64,000 nt of DNA, taken from positions 62,001 through 126,000 of the forward strand of contig NW_005434673.1 in assembly GCF_000315625.1 (NCBI RefSeq), in the 5' to 3' direction. This DNA comes from Guillardia theta CCMP2712. Taxonomy: Eukaryota > Protista > Cryptophyta. Numbering within the stretch: the first letter of the stretch is position 1; the number at the start of each line of letters is the position of its first letter. A program made the position numbers and the translations under genes. Below are positions 33,450-47,500 of this stretch, in pieces. Below the pieces are notes generated by a model. It worked only from the letters and a program-made list of their open reading frames with translations, was not told the DNA's origin and did not search any database.

Positions 33450-34046
33450 GAGACGCGAGTCTTTCATGAAAAGATGACTTGGAATGACATTAACTTCGAG
33501 ATCGTGCGAGGACCTAAATTGTAATGATAATGTAGAACTAGCATTTCTTAGATGATCTGCAACAAAAAGAGCTCAAAACCAGATCTGAATTTCACCTTCC
33601 CTGCGAACCTTGATAGCATGGCTGACTGAATATTGAACATGTGTGTGGCATGAACTTGCAAGAACTTGTCTTGCGTGGTAACATCATGATTCATATCACA
33701 GCACCAGGAGACGCCGCGGGATTCACGCCGGTGGCTAAAATTGTATTTGAAATTTGAAATTGTGATACGAAAATTCAATTATACTGATTAAAATGTTGTT
33801 CAAGCTTTGAAATTTGACTCACCCATGGTCAAATGGTGGTGGAGCAAGAAGAAAGGAGGAGAAGAGAGAGGGGGAGGTGAAGGTGAACTCGCCTCGTCGG
33901 CCAGCGCAAAGAGACGACCGAAGACGCATCTGGTACCCAGCGTCCTCTTTCTCTAGATGTCTCTCGATCTGCTCACTTTCTGCTTCTTTTTCCTTCCTAG
34001 GTCGGCAGGCTCAGCGAGTTTTTCTGGAGCTCCATACCGACAGACG

Positions 34047-36051
34047 ATGGGGAAGGAAGGAGAGTTGAGGTGAATGAATTCTCGATTCCTTCCGCTCCAT
34101 TCGAATCGAAGATCCGATGTTATGCACAACAAAGTGTTGGAGCAAAGGTTTGGATGTTTCCTCTGAATGTTCGAGATAACTGCAGCTCGGCAGATTACCT
34201 GTATGTCGACGAATGGCCGAACCGTTTTTTGTGGATGCGATGATGGAACTGTCAGATCTTACATGGTTGAAGATAATGTGCAGAAAAAGTCCGTTCGAGA
34301 CCTTCCGGATTCCTTCTCGTTCTTTGCTATCTCAGTGTTGAACGCACATACCGAGCCAGTGACCACTCTGGGGTGTGTCTGTGGAGAGGACAGATACGAC
34401 TTGGTTTCTGGGTCTTCGGGAGGACAAATTCGAATCTGGAACCTCTCTCAGGAGCCCGTGGAAGCTGTTCTTACCATGTCACTCAACGGGGAAAAGGCTT
34501 CCTGCCAGCCAGCCATCACCAGCGTGTGTGCGGAGGTTGGAGGACGAATCTGGTGCGGTGCAAGTGATGGGACACTGTCAAGATTTGCAGTCTCGGGGGT
34601 ACAAACTTTACGGAAGGTGCAGGCGCATACAAGCATGATCAATCACGTTCTTGTACTTCGCTCTTGCCCAGTTGTAGCTACAGCGGGAGCAGATTTCATG
34701 ATCCGCGTGTGGGATGCTTTCAATATGAACCTTCTGGTATCCTACTGTGGGCATTCAGGACCAGTCGATTGCCTTGCTGAGTGCACAAAATCTTTCACCC
34801 TCATCTCATCTTCATCCTCCGACGCCTCCATCCGAGCATGGTCACTTCTGATGGAGGAGTCAGACGGCGAGGATGAAGAGTTCGGCGACGAGAGCCCGAG
34901 CGAGCATGAACCGCAGCACAAGAGAGAATCTCTCCTCGACGCCTTCGATGAAGATGTTGATTCCGATGCTTCCACGATCGTCGTGCGAAGCAGGGGGCCT
35001 TCCTCCTCCCTTTGCGCTCACTTGTGTGACCGGACCAATCCGACCAGCACCGGATACATCACGGCAGAGGCAGCACAACGAGGAGTAAACCTAGAGCTAT
35101 ACAGCGATTCAGCATCGCGCCCGGCAGCCCTCGACTACCAGAAAGATGTCTCCGAGCAATGGCACATCGCTTCTACGGAAATCTGTACAGAGAACTCATG
35201 CAGGTACATGTTGTTTCAGCGATCTGATGGAAAGTACTCGATCGGTCCACACATGAGCCACACGGTTAATCGATGCGACCAAGAAGATCTGTACATTGAT
35301 TTTTGCATCTTTTCTGCTACTGACCAGACTGTGAAGGTGTCGTGTACAAGGAGGGCAGGTTGACGGTCTTGAAGTCGACAGAACGACATTAGATCGCAGG
35401 ATCCCAGCCATTCCTGCATGCGTTGACAAGGCGAGAAGCAAGAGCGAGAGCCGTGATCGACCGTTTCATGATTACCTGCCTTCTTCGAGACTCCTTCCTT
35501 TCTTCCGTCGGGCTGCTTGCGGGTACGATTCACTATTCCTGTCCGTACTACGGCACATTGACTCGGAATGCAGCTGCATGCTGTTGGCAGACGGGCGAGT
35601 CTACACTATCTGTAGATGTGAGACGACCATTGATCAGCAGAAAAGTGGAGGAGCAGGGAAAAGCTCTACGTCAGAGAGTTTTTATTACCTGGAGAGCATC
35701 AGGTATGGGCAAAGGCGCTTTTTCTTTCTTGTTGGATTGTCTTCATTGTTTGTCCACAGACTCAACTTCCGGGATATTGCCAAGTCAAAGACTGTCAACA
35801 GCCTTCCTCACCTTGATGTCCAAGACATCTTGAAAGGCCTGTCCCTTCACGACGATCAGCTAAGAAATTCTTCCTACACAACCACCTGCATGAATCAGGA
35901 CTGCTGTCCCACCAGCATGGTGCTCGTGAACTTTAGCAGCACTCCTCTTGTCATGACAGGTAACTCTTTCCCGTCGGTTGGGTGTTCTTCTCATCACAGC
36001 TTCTCAGGTGGACTTGACGGTCTCTTGAGACTTTGGACTCATCAATGCTGA
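34047..36051 (+). CDS. WD40-repeat protein
   Basis: FCGCDDGTVRSY, AH..LVSGSSGGQIRIWN, AH..ATAGADFMIRVWD, GH..SSSSDASIRAWS, FSATDQTVKV, GGLDGLLRLWT. Start approximate. Confidence 0.85.
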
Positions 36052-36169
36052 CTGAGACAATCATCAACTATGTCGGTATCGGTGTTAATAAATCTTGTAG
36101 ATAGTTCATTATTGTTATTTGAGTTTATTAGACTTAGTCGAGAATTTCATGATTGCTGGAGTCTGCTCG

Positions 36170-37000
36170 CTCCCTCCTAGTAGGGTTCCGGGGCAGCCTT
36201 GGGAGTTTGCGGTACTAGTGGCGGCGCGGCCCAGCCTTGGTATGCAAGTGACTAGGCCTACCAAATCAACCGCTATTCGAACCGTCGGCAGTGACATTGT
36301 TATCTCAACTTGGCAGGTTTGTCACACCACCATGGTGACGCCTATTCCCAAGTTTCGTGCCACTCGGGTGCACAAGTACAACAGTTCCCATCACTCAGTC
36401 CAATGTACGGTCCGATCAGTGGCCCCGGGCCCTGAGACTGGCAGCCCCGCTGTCGTACTGGCCCGACGGTCCGATCGATCGGCCGGGCCCCGCGATGGAG
36501 CACACGGTTTGTTAGACTTGTACTATGCCAAAGTCACGCAGATATCACATCGACCTTACTGTATGCTAAGATGTGAAACCCAAGCATCCAGACATGAGAG
36601 CACCTTAGCAAGACCGGCGGCTAGGAAAGCCCCCTCTTCATCCCACACGCTACTGGCATGGGCCGCCGGGGCTTGACACGTCAGTCGTCTTGGTTTACAG
36701 GAGAGTTTTTGTCCATCACCCGGCATGATCGGGGCGCCCCCCCGGGCTCCCGGCGCCAGGCCTAGACTTACTAAGTTATACTATGCCAAAGTCACGCAGA
36801 TTTCATATCGACCGGCCTTAGCTCCAACACTGAAGACAGTCACAGTATTGCTCAAGACCGAAGTTAATCCATACAAAACCATGCGTTCCATCACTCAGTG
36901 CAGGGGGCCGGATCTGTGGCAGGATCAATCCCAGCCTGGCAGTGTGGGCCAGGGCAGATCCGAGCCTGGGCCGGAGTCTGGGCCAGGCTTCAGGATGGCG
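36170..37000. repeat. Intergenic element with CCGG-rich patches and a 35-bp direct repeat (36521-36555 / 36779-36813)
   Basis: TACTATGCCAAAGTCACGCAGAT(A/T)TCA(C/T)ATCGACC occurs twice. CCATCACTCAGT occurs at about 36388 and 36888. Confidence 0.6.
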
Positions 37001-37075
37001 TCATGATGCCGATCTCAGATCCGATCTTTGGTTTGTTTGTCTGCGCGGGGATGTGGTCACGGAAGGCACGTGAAA

Positions 37076-38882
37076 ATGGAAGGGAGCGAAAGAAGTGCAG
37101 AAGCAGAAGCAGAAGCAAGAGCAGAGGGAGAGGGAGAGGGGGAGGAGAAAGAGAAGAAAGGAGAGAGCAGAGGAGAAGAGACAAAGAAAGAAGGTCAAGG
37201 AGAAGAAACTGAGGAGAAAGGAGCGACAGAGGACAATGGAGATGGGAACGACGACGGGGAAGATGAAAATGAGTCGGAGGAGCCGAGCAACCAAGGTGAG
37301 TCGATGCCTCTGCAGGAATACATCATGACTGAAATCCTTCGAAGAAAATGAAGGAGATCATGCTGAAACCAAGCTGTCCAAAAATCAACAGAAGAAGCAA
37401 GCTCGCAGACTACTGTGCAGCAGAGGACAAGGAGGTGCTAGAGGAGTGAAGCCTATCACAGGTTCGAACAGATGAAGCAAGCTAGGAAGCAAGCCAAGAA
37501 GGACAGGAAGAGAGCTATGCACGAGGCAAAAGCTGAAGGCAGCACTCAAGGTTACCTGCTGTGTCAACTCTGCGTGGAAGTGACCCACGTCTTTCAGAAG
37601 TTCGGAAGCGACCGAGAGTTTCCTCAGACCAAGAGGCTTCAGGCAAAGAGCAGCCGTCATGCAGGATTGGAGGGAGAGGCTCCCGCAATCGAGAAAGTTT
37701 CGATCAGCTCAGGAAGGATGGGCAGGTGAGGCCTCTAGCGAGGTTGCTGGACGATGAGGTGTGTCACAGAGAGTTGTCATCGACCTAAGCTTTGATGACC
37801 TCATGACGGAGAAAGAAGTCAGAAGCCTTGTCACGCAGGTGTTATGGATAATCATCATACGTGTTAGCAAGGATTGACTCTGATATGAGCGTATTGTACT
37901 GATATGTGACATCGTTGTAGCTGATATGTTGGTTTGAAGACGAGGACAACATCTTCGCAAGAAACGTTTGATTGACACTATGTTGCAGCTGGCACACTCT
38001 TACGGCACGAATCGAGCTTCCGGCAAGCCGCTCGACCTCTACTTGACCAGCGTCGACAAGAGGACGGTGAAACTTGTCGGGCGATGGACTTTGAGCGAGA
38101 GCACTCAAGTGTGTGCAGGCGGAAGGGCTGAAGAAGATTTCAGGGTTTGATAACTGGAGGTGCCACGTGGAAACAAGACATTTCTCTGAAGTTTTCCCAA
38201 AGAATGAGGTGAAAGAAGAGAAATGATGTCAGAAATGATCAGAGATCAGGTGGTTTACCTCACATCAGAGAGTAGTAACACGATGAATGTGAGGAGAATT
38301 TGTACTTGTGCATGGTTGCCGAGTTACTCTGATTGCAGGAACTCCAGAAAGACAAAGTCTATTGTATGCAGGGTCTGTTCTCCTTGATGTCTCTTAGCCT
38401 TCTCTTGCAGGCATCGGGGGCATAGTAGATCACAACCGGTACACGATGTCGGATTGCAATATTATTGCTGATGTGCAGCAGGTTGAAGGGGCTGACGAAG
38501 CAGAAAGCTGATGAGAATGGTTGGGACACTGCGAAGCTACCGCTGGATGGCAACATCGATCTTGGGGAGAGCAGTGAGTCTGCAAGGGCCATTGATGTCA
38601 CGCATGATATGCCGTCCTATGTTCGATGTGATACAAGTGTGTTGCAGAAGATATTTGATATTGTTGTTTATTTGACGCAGTGAAATATTTCGTGTAATTA
38701 TTTGATTGATACGTTTGATCGCAGGAAAGGTTCTCACTGTCAACCATGTCTGCTCTATTCTGCTCAAGTATCATGAGACAGGTGAAAGTCTTCACCTCGT
38801 CTCCTCCTCTTGCTCATCATCAACCGCAGGGAACTGGAAGGAGTCGCTGAAGCAAGCTATGCCCGAGAGAAAGTTGAAATGA
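37076..38882 (+). CDS. TRMT10: tRNA m1G9 methyltransferase (Trm10/TRMT10A-like, SPOUT)
   Basis: Micro-exons join to VVIDLSFDDLMTEKEVRSLVTQ|LAHSYGTNR, VVYLTSES, IGGIVDHNR|LKGLT, TAKLPL, RKVLTVNHV, NWKESL..MPERK. Acidic N-terminus; start approximate. Confidence 0.93.
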
Positions 38883-38908
38883 ATCTCAGACCCTCGTTTC
38901 CCCTCCTC

Positions 38909-41570
38909 TTACACCGAACCCTCGTGACCCAGCACCAGCACCCCGTACAGCTCGATGCCGCCAAGGCACAGCCTGTGGTTGCCCGAAGCGTTGGCTCCCG
39001 TCTGGAGGATACGGAAGTGCGAGAAGGGCTGAGCCGTGCTGACGGGATAGCTCGCAGCGTATCGCCCATGGTGGGAGGAAATGACCATGGAGTGATCGTT
39101 GCGATGTCGACGAAGAACCTGCCACGTCACTCCGTCGTTGGATCCCTGGAACTCAAAGTTCCTGCGTCACAGTCAGAACTCTCCTCCTCCTCCACTCACT
39201 CCCTACCTTAGCAGCATCGCCGACGTCGTGAAGCCATGTCGTAGCGTGTAGTGGGAGGGCACTAGGTGCCTGCCCTCTCCGAGGAACACTGATATCCAGC
39301 GAGAGCCGCGATCGGAGGAGTAGAGGTCAGATATCTCCCGCCCCGTCACGTTCCTATAGTCGCCCTCGCACATCTCCCCTCCCGGGTCGTTGTGCGACAC
39401 CTCCACCACCTGGCTCAGCGCCGGGTTCCCGTACACTGAGGCCCCCGCGTTGGTGCCGAGGAAGTGGAAGAGGCCGTGCGTGTCGTGCTCGCCGGCCATC
39501 TGGAGGCGGATGAGGTTGAGCCCGGAGGCAGGAGCCTGATGCAGCTGCAGCAGGGTCCGAGGTTTCAGCTGCGCCCTCGCCTGCTGTTTCACGACAACCT
39601 CAGAGGCCTGTCCCCGGAAGATCCTTCCATAGACCTCCAGCCCGCTCACACTCAGCGAGTGATTTCCGCTAGAGTTCTTTCCGGTCATGACCAGCCGGAG
39701 GTAGCGGTAGGTGTTGCCCAGCTGGGGGAGTTTGACATCGAACGTCTCGAGCTGCATGGGTCGCCTCAGAGTCTCGTCGTTGACGTGCTGGCTCAGAATG
39801 TGCCAGCACGACATGTCAAGACTTCCCTCAAGGTTCCAGCTGCGCAGCATGTCCTCCCGGTCGATCCTCCCGTGCCTCAGCGAGTAGTGGGTGGGGCTGA
39901 CTGAGATGGCTGTGCCGAAGTCGATGCATATCCACGCGCCGGCCACGTCCTTGGTGAACATCTGAATGCACTGGTCCAAGGGCGTTCCGAGCTTCACCAG
40001 CTCCTCCAGCTGACCAGTCGCTAAGCCAACCTCGTCCGCCAACGTCAGACTTATCCGCAGGTGGCGGAATCGATCGACTTGGCATGGGTTGACCCAGTCG
40101 TGCTGGAAGCCGTTGGTGCTGATCCAGTAGAAGATCCCTTTGGATCGCTTGCCGGCCTCGTCCCTCACGTACGGAACGTCCACCCAAATGTCCTCGTGCT
40201 CCTCCTCCTCGGGGATGTTGAGCTGATGTCGAGCTCGGCTCTCCTCGTCCACCTCCACCCTTGACACAGCCTTTTCCAGCTGCAGGAAGAATGTCGACCT
40301 GGAGAAGTTGAACCATGCTCGGATGCACATCCGTTGGAGCAGGAGAGGCTTAGTGCAGGCCATGATCCGCCACTCTCTGAAGCAAGAGCGAGCATGCACT
40401 GCCGACAGCTGCATGAAGAAGATGCTGCGAGGGATGCACGCGCCTCGCAGCACTTTGATCTCGCCCAACGAGATCTCCTCACCCTCGTGCTCCTGATGCC
40501 AGTCGAGGTCCTGCTGAGCTCGCCAGTCAGCGACGGAGATCGTCCTGAACGGCTTGACCGCGACCTGTCTCCTCCTGCGCTGTGAGCTCATGTCGGACGA
40601 CTCGGAGCCGTCGGACTCCCACGCCTCGTAGCCCATCTCCAGGTCGTCGAGCTCGAAGCGTCTGAACCTGCTCACCCTGTACTCCAAGGAGGGGGTCGAG
40701 TGCGGCTCTAGCGGAGACTCCGCCGGGCTGTCCTCTGGCGTCGGGGGGGTCGGAGGCATGTCACCGTCGGAGCTGCTGTAGCTGTCGGAGGAGATCTCGT
40801 AGGACTCAGAGTCGCTGTTCGTGATCTCGATCCTCATGCTCTGCGGCTCCTTGCCTAAGGGCTCATGGGCTAGCCCGCGCTTCTGCCTCATGATCTCCTT
40901 CACCGCCCTCTGAATGATGATGGCCGCCGACTCGTGCTCCTGCGTGAACTTTGTTTTCAGCTGGATGTATCTGCCGTACAGCTCAAGTCTGCACGCGCAC
41001 AAGCGAAAGAAGTTGCTGGAGTTGGGTCCCGTCAACAAGATCCTGAAGTAGCGGAAAGCCTGAAGCCTCGTGACCTCTTTATCCAAGTTGTGTAGGAAGA
41101 ACGTTTCCACCTGCCCGGGCGTCTGCATCCTCGGGTCGTTCAAGTGCTCACGCAGGGTGATCCAGCTGTTCTTGTTGTTGCTCCCTTCGAACCTCCAGCT
41201 CCTCATCGCGTTGGACGAGCTACCGGATCCATGCATGATGCTGTACGCTGTGGCAATCAGGCCGCGGCCCTCTCCCAGATCGACGGCGAGCCAGGGGCTG
41301 TTGTCTTGAGACTCGAGGATCAGAACTTTGCTGTCCTCGTCACTCTCCGAGCCTGCGATCGGCAGGCCGACCCGCTCCAAGATGCCGGCATCGCCGTCCA
41401 GATCTGAAGATTCTGCTGTGCTAACCGTCACGCCATTTGCCATTAAGACTGGATTCTGGTGCTCGGCAGTGCCATGGGACGTTCCAATCCAATAGAGCAC
41501 TCCCTTGCAATCTTCGTTGACTCCGAGCAGTTTGCTCGAGTACTCAAAGATGGCGTCCAGGGTTCTGTGC
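38909..41570 (-). other. Three HECTD1-type (Sad1/UNC-like, F5/8-type-C fold) domains plus an IQ-like motif at about 40880-40930
   Basis: Each copy has G(V/I/L)(L/F)x(W/F)(I/L)xT..NP..W(L/I)xxx(L/F)G..Y(S/T)(L/I)(R/M)HG..R(S/N)(W/F)xx(E/Q)GS..W..H.ND..R(I/L)..TG.N.S..L..E(L/V)YG. IQ-like: AAIIIQRAVKEIMRQKR. Confidence 0.85.
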
Positions 41571-44500
41571 ATGTAGATGCCCTCACTGTGTGAATGGAGA
41601 TTGCCGGGGAGGAAGCAAAGATCTGCGGCAAAGTCGTCTACGATGGTGGAGAAGGCGCTGACGTCTTTCTGTCGCTTCTTCATCAAAAGGTTGATCGCGG
41701 TGTCACGGATGATCATGGCGCGTATGCGCAGCCTCCTGCGAGCCTCAGCCTGCTGCATGTCGAAATACTTCTGGAGCAGGAAGAGCGCGATGAAGGTCAG
41801 GATCACGTTGATCGGGTCTGTGATGAGAAGCTTCTGTACTGTGCTCAGCGACGATCCCGTTACCCACCCGACCGCCATGATCTCTTCGAAGGTGACGGCG
41901 AACAGCATGTTCAAGTAAATACAGAAGGCCATGAAGCAAACCGCCAGGGTGTAGGCAAAGTAAGTGACCCAACTCGGTAGAGGAGGGACGTTTCGGAGCA
42001 AACTTGCCTCTTTGGTGAAGACAAACTTCGACGGCTTCGGAGGTATCCCTGCATTCTTCTCGAGCGCAGTTCTCAACTTGTACCCCAAGGTATTTCGACT
42101 CTTCAGATGAGACAGAAAGACGTTGGAAGCCTTCTTGGCAGCTATCAAAGCTCGCACGGTCTTGACGAAGTCTGGCTTTCGATACACAGCCCCGTCTGGC
42201 CCTTCTCGAGGTGTCAACCACCAGCTCCTGATACCCACTGCATGTTGGACCCCCTTCATTTTCGCTGCAGCCATTCTTGCTCGTTGAACTCTTATGATCT
42301 GTCGCTCGTAGTAAGCGTGAGCCTTTCGCTCGAGGATCACGTCTCTCTCATGCTTTTCAACAATTGGTTGGATCCGAGAGGAGAACCTGAATCTTGTTGA
42401 AAGTCTTCCAAGTCGATTGAGGATGCTGGATTGAGATGATTCAGTCTCTAGAGCTGACTTGCTTACCACCATATTCTTCTTCGACTTCTTTCGACGTTGC
42501 GACATTTGCGGTTTCAAGAAGGAGCCGAAGCTTCTCAGGCTTGACCTTCGTTTGACGGGCTCACCTCGTTTCGCTTCTCGTTTCCTCGCCTTACGAAAGA
42601 TCATCACGAAGAAGATTGTGCTTGGAATGGTTATCAAGCTAGACAGAACTCCGTTTCTGAGGGCTTCGCCTGGCCCAGCAGGCTGAACTCCGTAGAAGAT
42701 AGCGTTGGCAGTCATGCTTGAAGCAACAAAGCAGAAGAATGTGGTGATCATTTGAGGTCGAGTGAGAGCAGAGTAAGGTCGACTTCTGATGATGTGATAG
42801 ATAACATGTTTCTCCGCCATCATTCGTTGTATCTCGTTCACCAGCGAATATTTCGATGTTTTCAACTTTGCATCAAAAGATCTCATGTATTTTGCTGGTG
42901 ACTTGGCAAAAATAGCATAATCTAGAAAATCTCTGCGCGTTCCGATGAAGATCGCCAAGAAGTAGAGGGCAAAGATGCTGGCCATAGCAAATATGATGAT
43001 CAATTGAACACCACTCGCTGCTAGAAGAGCCGCGCTGTCGCCGATCGGATCGACCGTCCTGATCTCCACATTACCTGCAGACCCCAGAGCTGTGAACTCA
43101 GTGAGATGAAAGCATTCGCACACAATCGCTTCTTCTTCGATTCCTTTGACTGCACATCCTGTTCCTGTCCATCGGTTTGTACGGTTGTCCCAGTATGTAC
43201 AAGTTTCCACGGAAGTTGCATTCTGTGTGCTAGTGTTGGAGGCATTCGTGACGGTTGACGATTGTTTTAGTGGGATCCGAAAGCGAATCGGATTCAAGGT
43301 AGTGACTGAGAGGCCAACCAGCTCATACATGATGGACCCTCCGAGCACGTCCTGCTTGTCTTTGCTTGCTGTGTGAATGTTGGTCGATGGATCGAACTCG
43401 AACATCTTCAACGTCACTCCACTCGTTGAAAGATTCCCCACCCCCTCCTGCGGTAGGGAGAAGAAGCCGCCAGAGGCGAGAGCCAGAGAGAGTCCGTTGG
43501 TCTGCGACGAGTCTTCTGAGAGTTTGGCGAGGGTGATGGGAACCTGCCCTGTCGTCAACCTCACAAAATCTTGACCAGGAACTCGTTGAGCCAGCACGAC
43601 AGAGCTCAGTCCTTCAAGCTGATTCCTCGCGAGCTCAGCCTCTGCAAGCGAGCCGTTCTGAGCCAACGTCTCTTTAATCCCAAACCCAACCATGTTGGCG
43701 AAATTGTTGAATGAATTCATCGAGTCGACTTGGAGAGCCAGTGAGCTCGTCATGAGCTTTTCAATCAGCTGCCTGGTCTGGTTTCTACTCTCACCCGAAG
43801 GCGATTCCACTATCTGCATAGCTGTGCTGAGACACCCAGAGTACTGCTCGATGGCCTTGTCGTCAAGTGCAGCTTTAGTGAGGAGAGAGTCAGTAGCAGA
43901 GATCAGCGTGTCCTTGATCGCCTGATACTCATCAGCCAACAATCTTCTGTTTCCTTTCTTCGTGTTTGAATGTATAGATTCACTGATCCCGAAGATCGTC
44001 TGCAAAGCGCTGGATTCATCCCCGACATTCAGAGCATTCCCTAATGTACCCATTGACCCGCCCACCACGAGAGTCTCATTGGGCGGCAAGACGAGGACTC
44101 GCGTCAACTCGCTCATGGCGCAACCGTTGTAGATGTCACAGATCTGAGCAGACAAGTACTGCAAACCATCCGGAGGCGACAGCCTGATGGTCTGAACGTT
44201 CGAGACTGACGCCCTTGTCACTAGTGTGAAACTTTCCAAGTTTGAGATGTTGAGGTAAGTCCTCCAACTGTATGAAAGCGGCTCATCCCCTGGACTATCT
44301 GCCCATTCGAAGCAGCTTGCTTCCATCGGTTCTTGCAAGGCAACCACCTGTGTTGTGTTCAGTCTACAGTATCCTGATGCAGGCACGCTGTTTATCGTGA
44401 AGCTGATGTCAGCATAACTGTACTTTGCCTCGCCCTGCACGGCACATGTCAATCGAGCTGTGTAAGTTTTGCCCGAATAGAAGGAGCCAGCGGCGAATAC

Positions 44501-47500
44501 AACGAAGCGATTCTGAAGAGTAGTCAGAGTTTTGAAGCCTGGCGTCAAATCTCCCGACAGTATGGTCCAATAGAAGTCAAAGCCCTTGTCCGCAGGCTTC
44601 TTGACCTGTCCTTGCAGCATGAAGGGGGTTACGGCAGAAATCTTCTTTTGAGCCGGAGGCTTGATGTAAATTTCAATCGTGCTGTCGAATACGTTTGCAG
44701 GAGTGACAGGATTGGCGTCTTTGGATCCCGACAAGACGTTGATATCCACGAAGGTTGAATCGTATCGTGGCCCAGGACCCTTGACAGCATTGACTATAAA
44801 GCGATAGGTGTAGCCCGGAGCCAGCAATCCGCCTGGGATCATGATCTTGGGAGATTCGGTGAACAAGATTCCAGTTGTATCATCAAAGCAAGGAGTGCCT
44901 GTGCTGTTCACAATCTCACAATTCCAAGTGAACGACCAAGGGTCTGGCGTCAGGTCAGGGTCATCACTAGCAGAAGCATCCAAAGCCAAATCATCGAAGA
45001 AGAATATTGAACGACTCCCGCCGTCGATGAATGCAGATATTGGACTGGCATCTACAATCACAGTGACATTGCCAAGTCCATACAGGTTCGGGTTTTTGTT
45101 CATGAAACCTTTCAATTGTAAGCTATACTGGTTTCCAACTACCAAGTCTGTCGCATGAATGAGCAGCTTCCGCGATTGGAATGTTGTTTCATCCAATGGA
45201 AACTTGTCAGGTGATGTGATTGTCCACTCGAATGTCATGGATGTGTCTTCTGCTGTCAGATTGGAAGAGTTCAATTCACAGAGAGAGATTGCGGCATAAC
45301 CTTCAAGTATGATATCTTTTCGCCTGTCAATATTTCTAGTGCCAGAACCAAGGATGAATATGTATGGAATAGGTAAATCTGACACGGTGATTCGAATCTG
45401 TGATTCTGTCGATCCTCCAAATACATTCTCTACTCTCAAGACGAAAACATACGTCGCTCCTGGAACGAGCAGGCTGTTTGGAATGGTGAGGTTGGAGCCG
45501 ATGACGATGCTTCTGAGGTACGAGGCCAGGTTTGTGGTGAACGGTCCTGGCAAGACTCCCCACGTGAAAGCCATGGATCTGCCTCCTCCCCCGTAGGAGG
45601 ACGTTGCATCAATGATGACGTCATCGCAATATGAGATGAAGGATGAAGTCCGCACGACGATGGTTGGGAGAGGCACGATGGTCGGAGGCTGCAGGGAGGT
45701 GTCTCCCTCAGTCCAGTCTGAATCTTTCAGTAGCGTCTGAATGGTCTGCTTAGCAAGAGTCACGGTCCAACCCACGCGGATGGTTGCTCGGGCTCCTAAG
45801 GTGACTCGGAGGGTGATAGTATTCAACCAGACACAAGAGGATTGAAATCCGAGAGTGGCAACAGTGGTTGCATCCAGCAACAACTCGCAAGAAACAATTC
45901 CTCTCACCCCTCCCTGATCAGTATCACGATCAAAGATAATATCAAAAGCAGCTCCTGACTCTTGGAATTGTGCGACTACGAGTTTTGGACCTTCGCGCTT
46001 TGCTATAGGAAAGACGTAAGGGCTTCCGGAGATATTTCGAGAGTTGAATGAGATGTAAACTACAGCTATCCCTGGGAAGTTGCAAGTGAACGTCGCGCAC
46101 CATTGGCCGCCATAGTCAGGAGAGGCAGTGAAGGTGACACTGGTGACGCATATGATAACTGGCCAACGTGGATCACTGCTCTTGCCCACTGCCGTCAGGT
46201 TGAGCAATTTCACTTCATTTTCACTTAGCTGCCTGCTGTTCCCGTATATATCCGTCGATACCAAGCAGAACGAGCTTGTTCGTGTGGCTATGGGTAAAAC
46301 TTCTGGAGTTGGCGACAAGAAGATGCTTGAAGCATTGGGAGCATTAGGAGATGTGGTCAGACTGAATGGGCTTCCAGAGATGTGTGCAAAAACTAGTCCA
46401 GCTTGAACCATCTCCACACTGATTTGATAACTTCCACTAATCGTGATTGCTCGCTCATTTGCTAGAGAGGCGAAGTATATTCCATTCAATGTCCTGCTGG
46501 CTGTGCTGTACGTACGTATGATCTCTCGGTTGAATCTCAATTCAATCACTGATACGATAAAATTGTCTTGCTTATTGGATTGTACGTTTCCAAATATATC
46601 TTTTGCGAAGATTGTAAATTGTATAGGATTTCCCGCAATCAGGCTAGATATCGAGGGAGTAAAATTGCTGTACGTAGGCTGAACGACGGCTGGAAAAATC
46701 GAGATAGAGCTTGGTTGACCAAAGATTGCTCGGTCCACACCATCTGAACCTCTGAGATATATGGTGTAGGAATAAGTGCCTGCGACTGTAAGGCAATCAA
46801 GAAAAATCAAGACAAAAAAAGTTACAAGCTAAACTTACCCGTCGAGTAATATTCAACTCTTGGAACCTGGGACGCAGGTCAGGCGTGTTCCACTAGCGCG
46901 TAAACCACGATTTACCTCAAGAGCGGGGTTGATGACTTGGGCGTTGATGCATGCAGTGCAGTTGTTGATTCGGATGAGGAAAGAGGAGATTTCAGTCGTT
47001 CCATCTACTTGAATCGGATTGGAGTACTGATCGTAAGATAGAAGCTGAAAGGATGAAAGAACTCCTGCCGTCGAGCTTGTGATGCTCGTTCCAGCAGCCA
47101 TACAATTTGAAGCATATGGCACCCCTGGATTCACCTGGAAGACTACTCTGCCATTGCCAGCTCCAACGATTGAGCCCTTGAACAAGTTGTCCACGTTGTA
47201 AAACCCGCTCACTGTGGCAAGGAAAGAGACCCGAAAGAGACCCCCGATGGTTGCATCTCCAAACCAGAACTTTCCGATGCAGGGAGGAGCCTTGCACGTC
47301 TCAACAACGCCTGGTGGAGGGGATGTGGGGCCTTTCACTTGGATTGCAAAATCACTTGTATTGGCTGCACCTGCTAGGCGGATACTTTGACCGCGGCTGT
47401 TTCTTGCTTCGATGTCGTAGGTCTGGATCCCTGCCGTTCCAAGAGCCTGTACGCTCGTAGTCGAGGAGGGCTGTACGATCGAAGCGCCTGTGAAAATCAT

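Noticed and set aside
36521-36813. CRISPR-like repeat
   Set aside because: Only two copies, 258 bp apart, in a eukaryotic context with no cas genes.
13703-43015. The 6-TM channel as the missing 'channel half' of the 5-TM polycystin-1-like protein (a split PC1)
   Set aside because: The channel is Nav/Cav-type with a charged S4 and lacks the polycystin TOP domain. It is more than 22 kb away with unrelated genes in between, so nothing beyond proximity supports a link.
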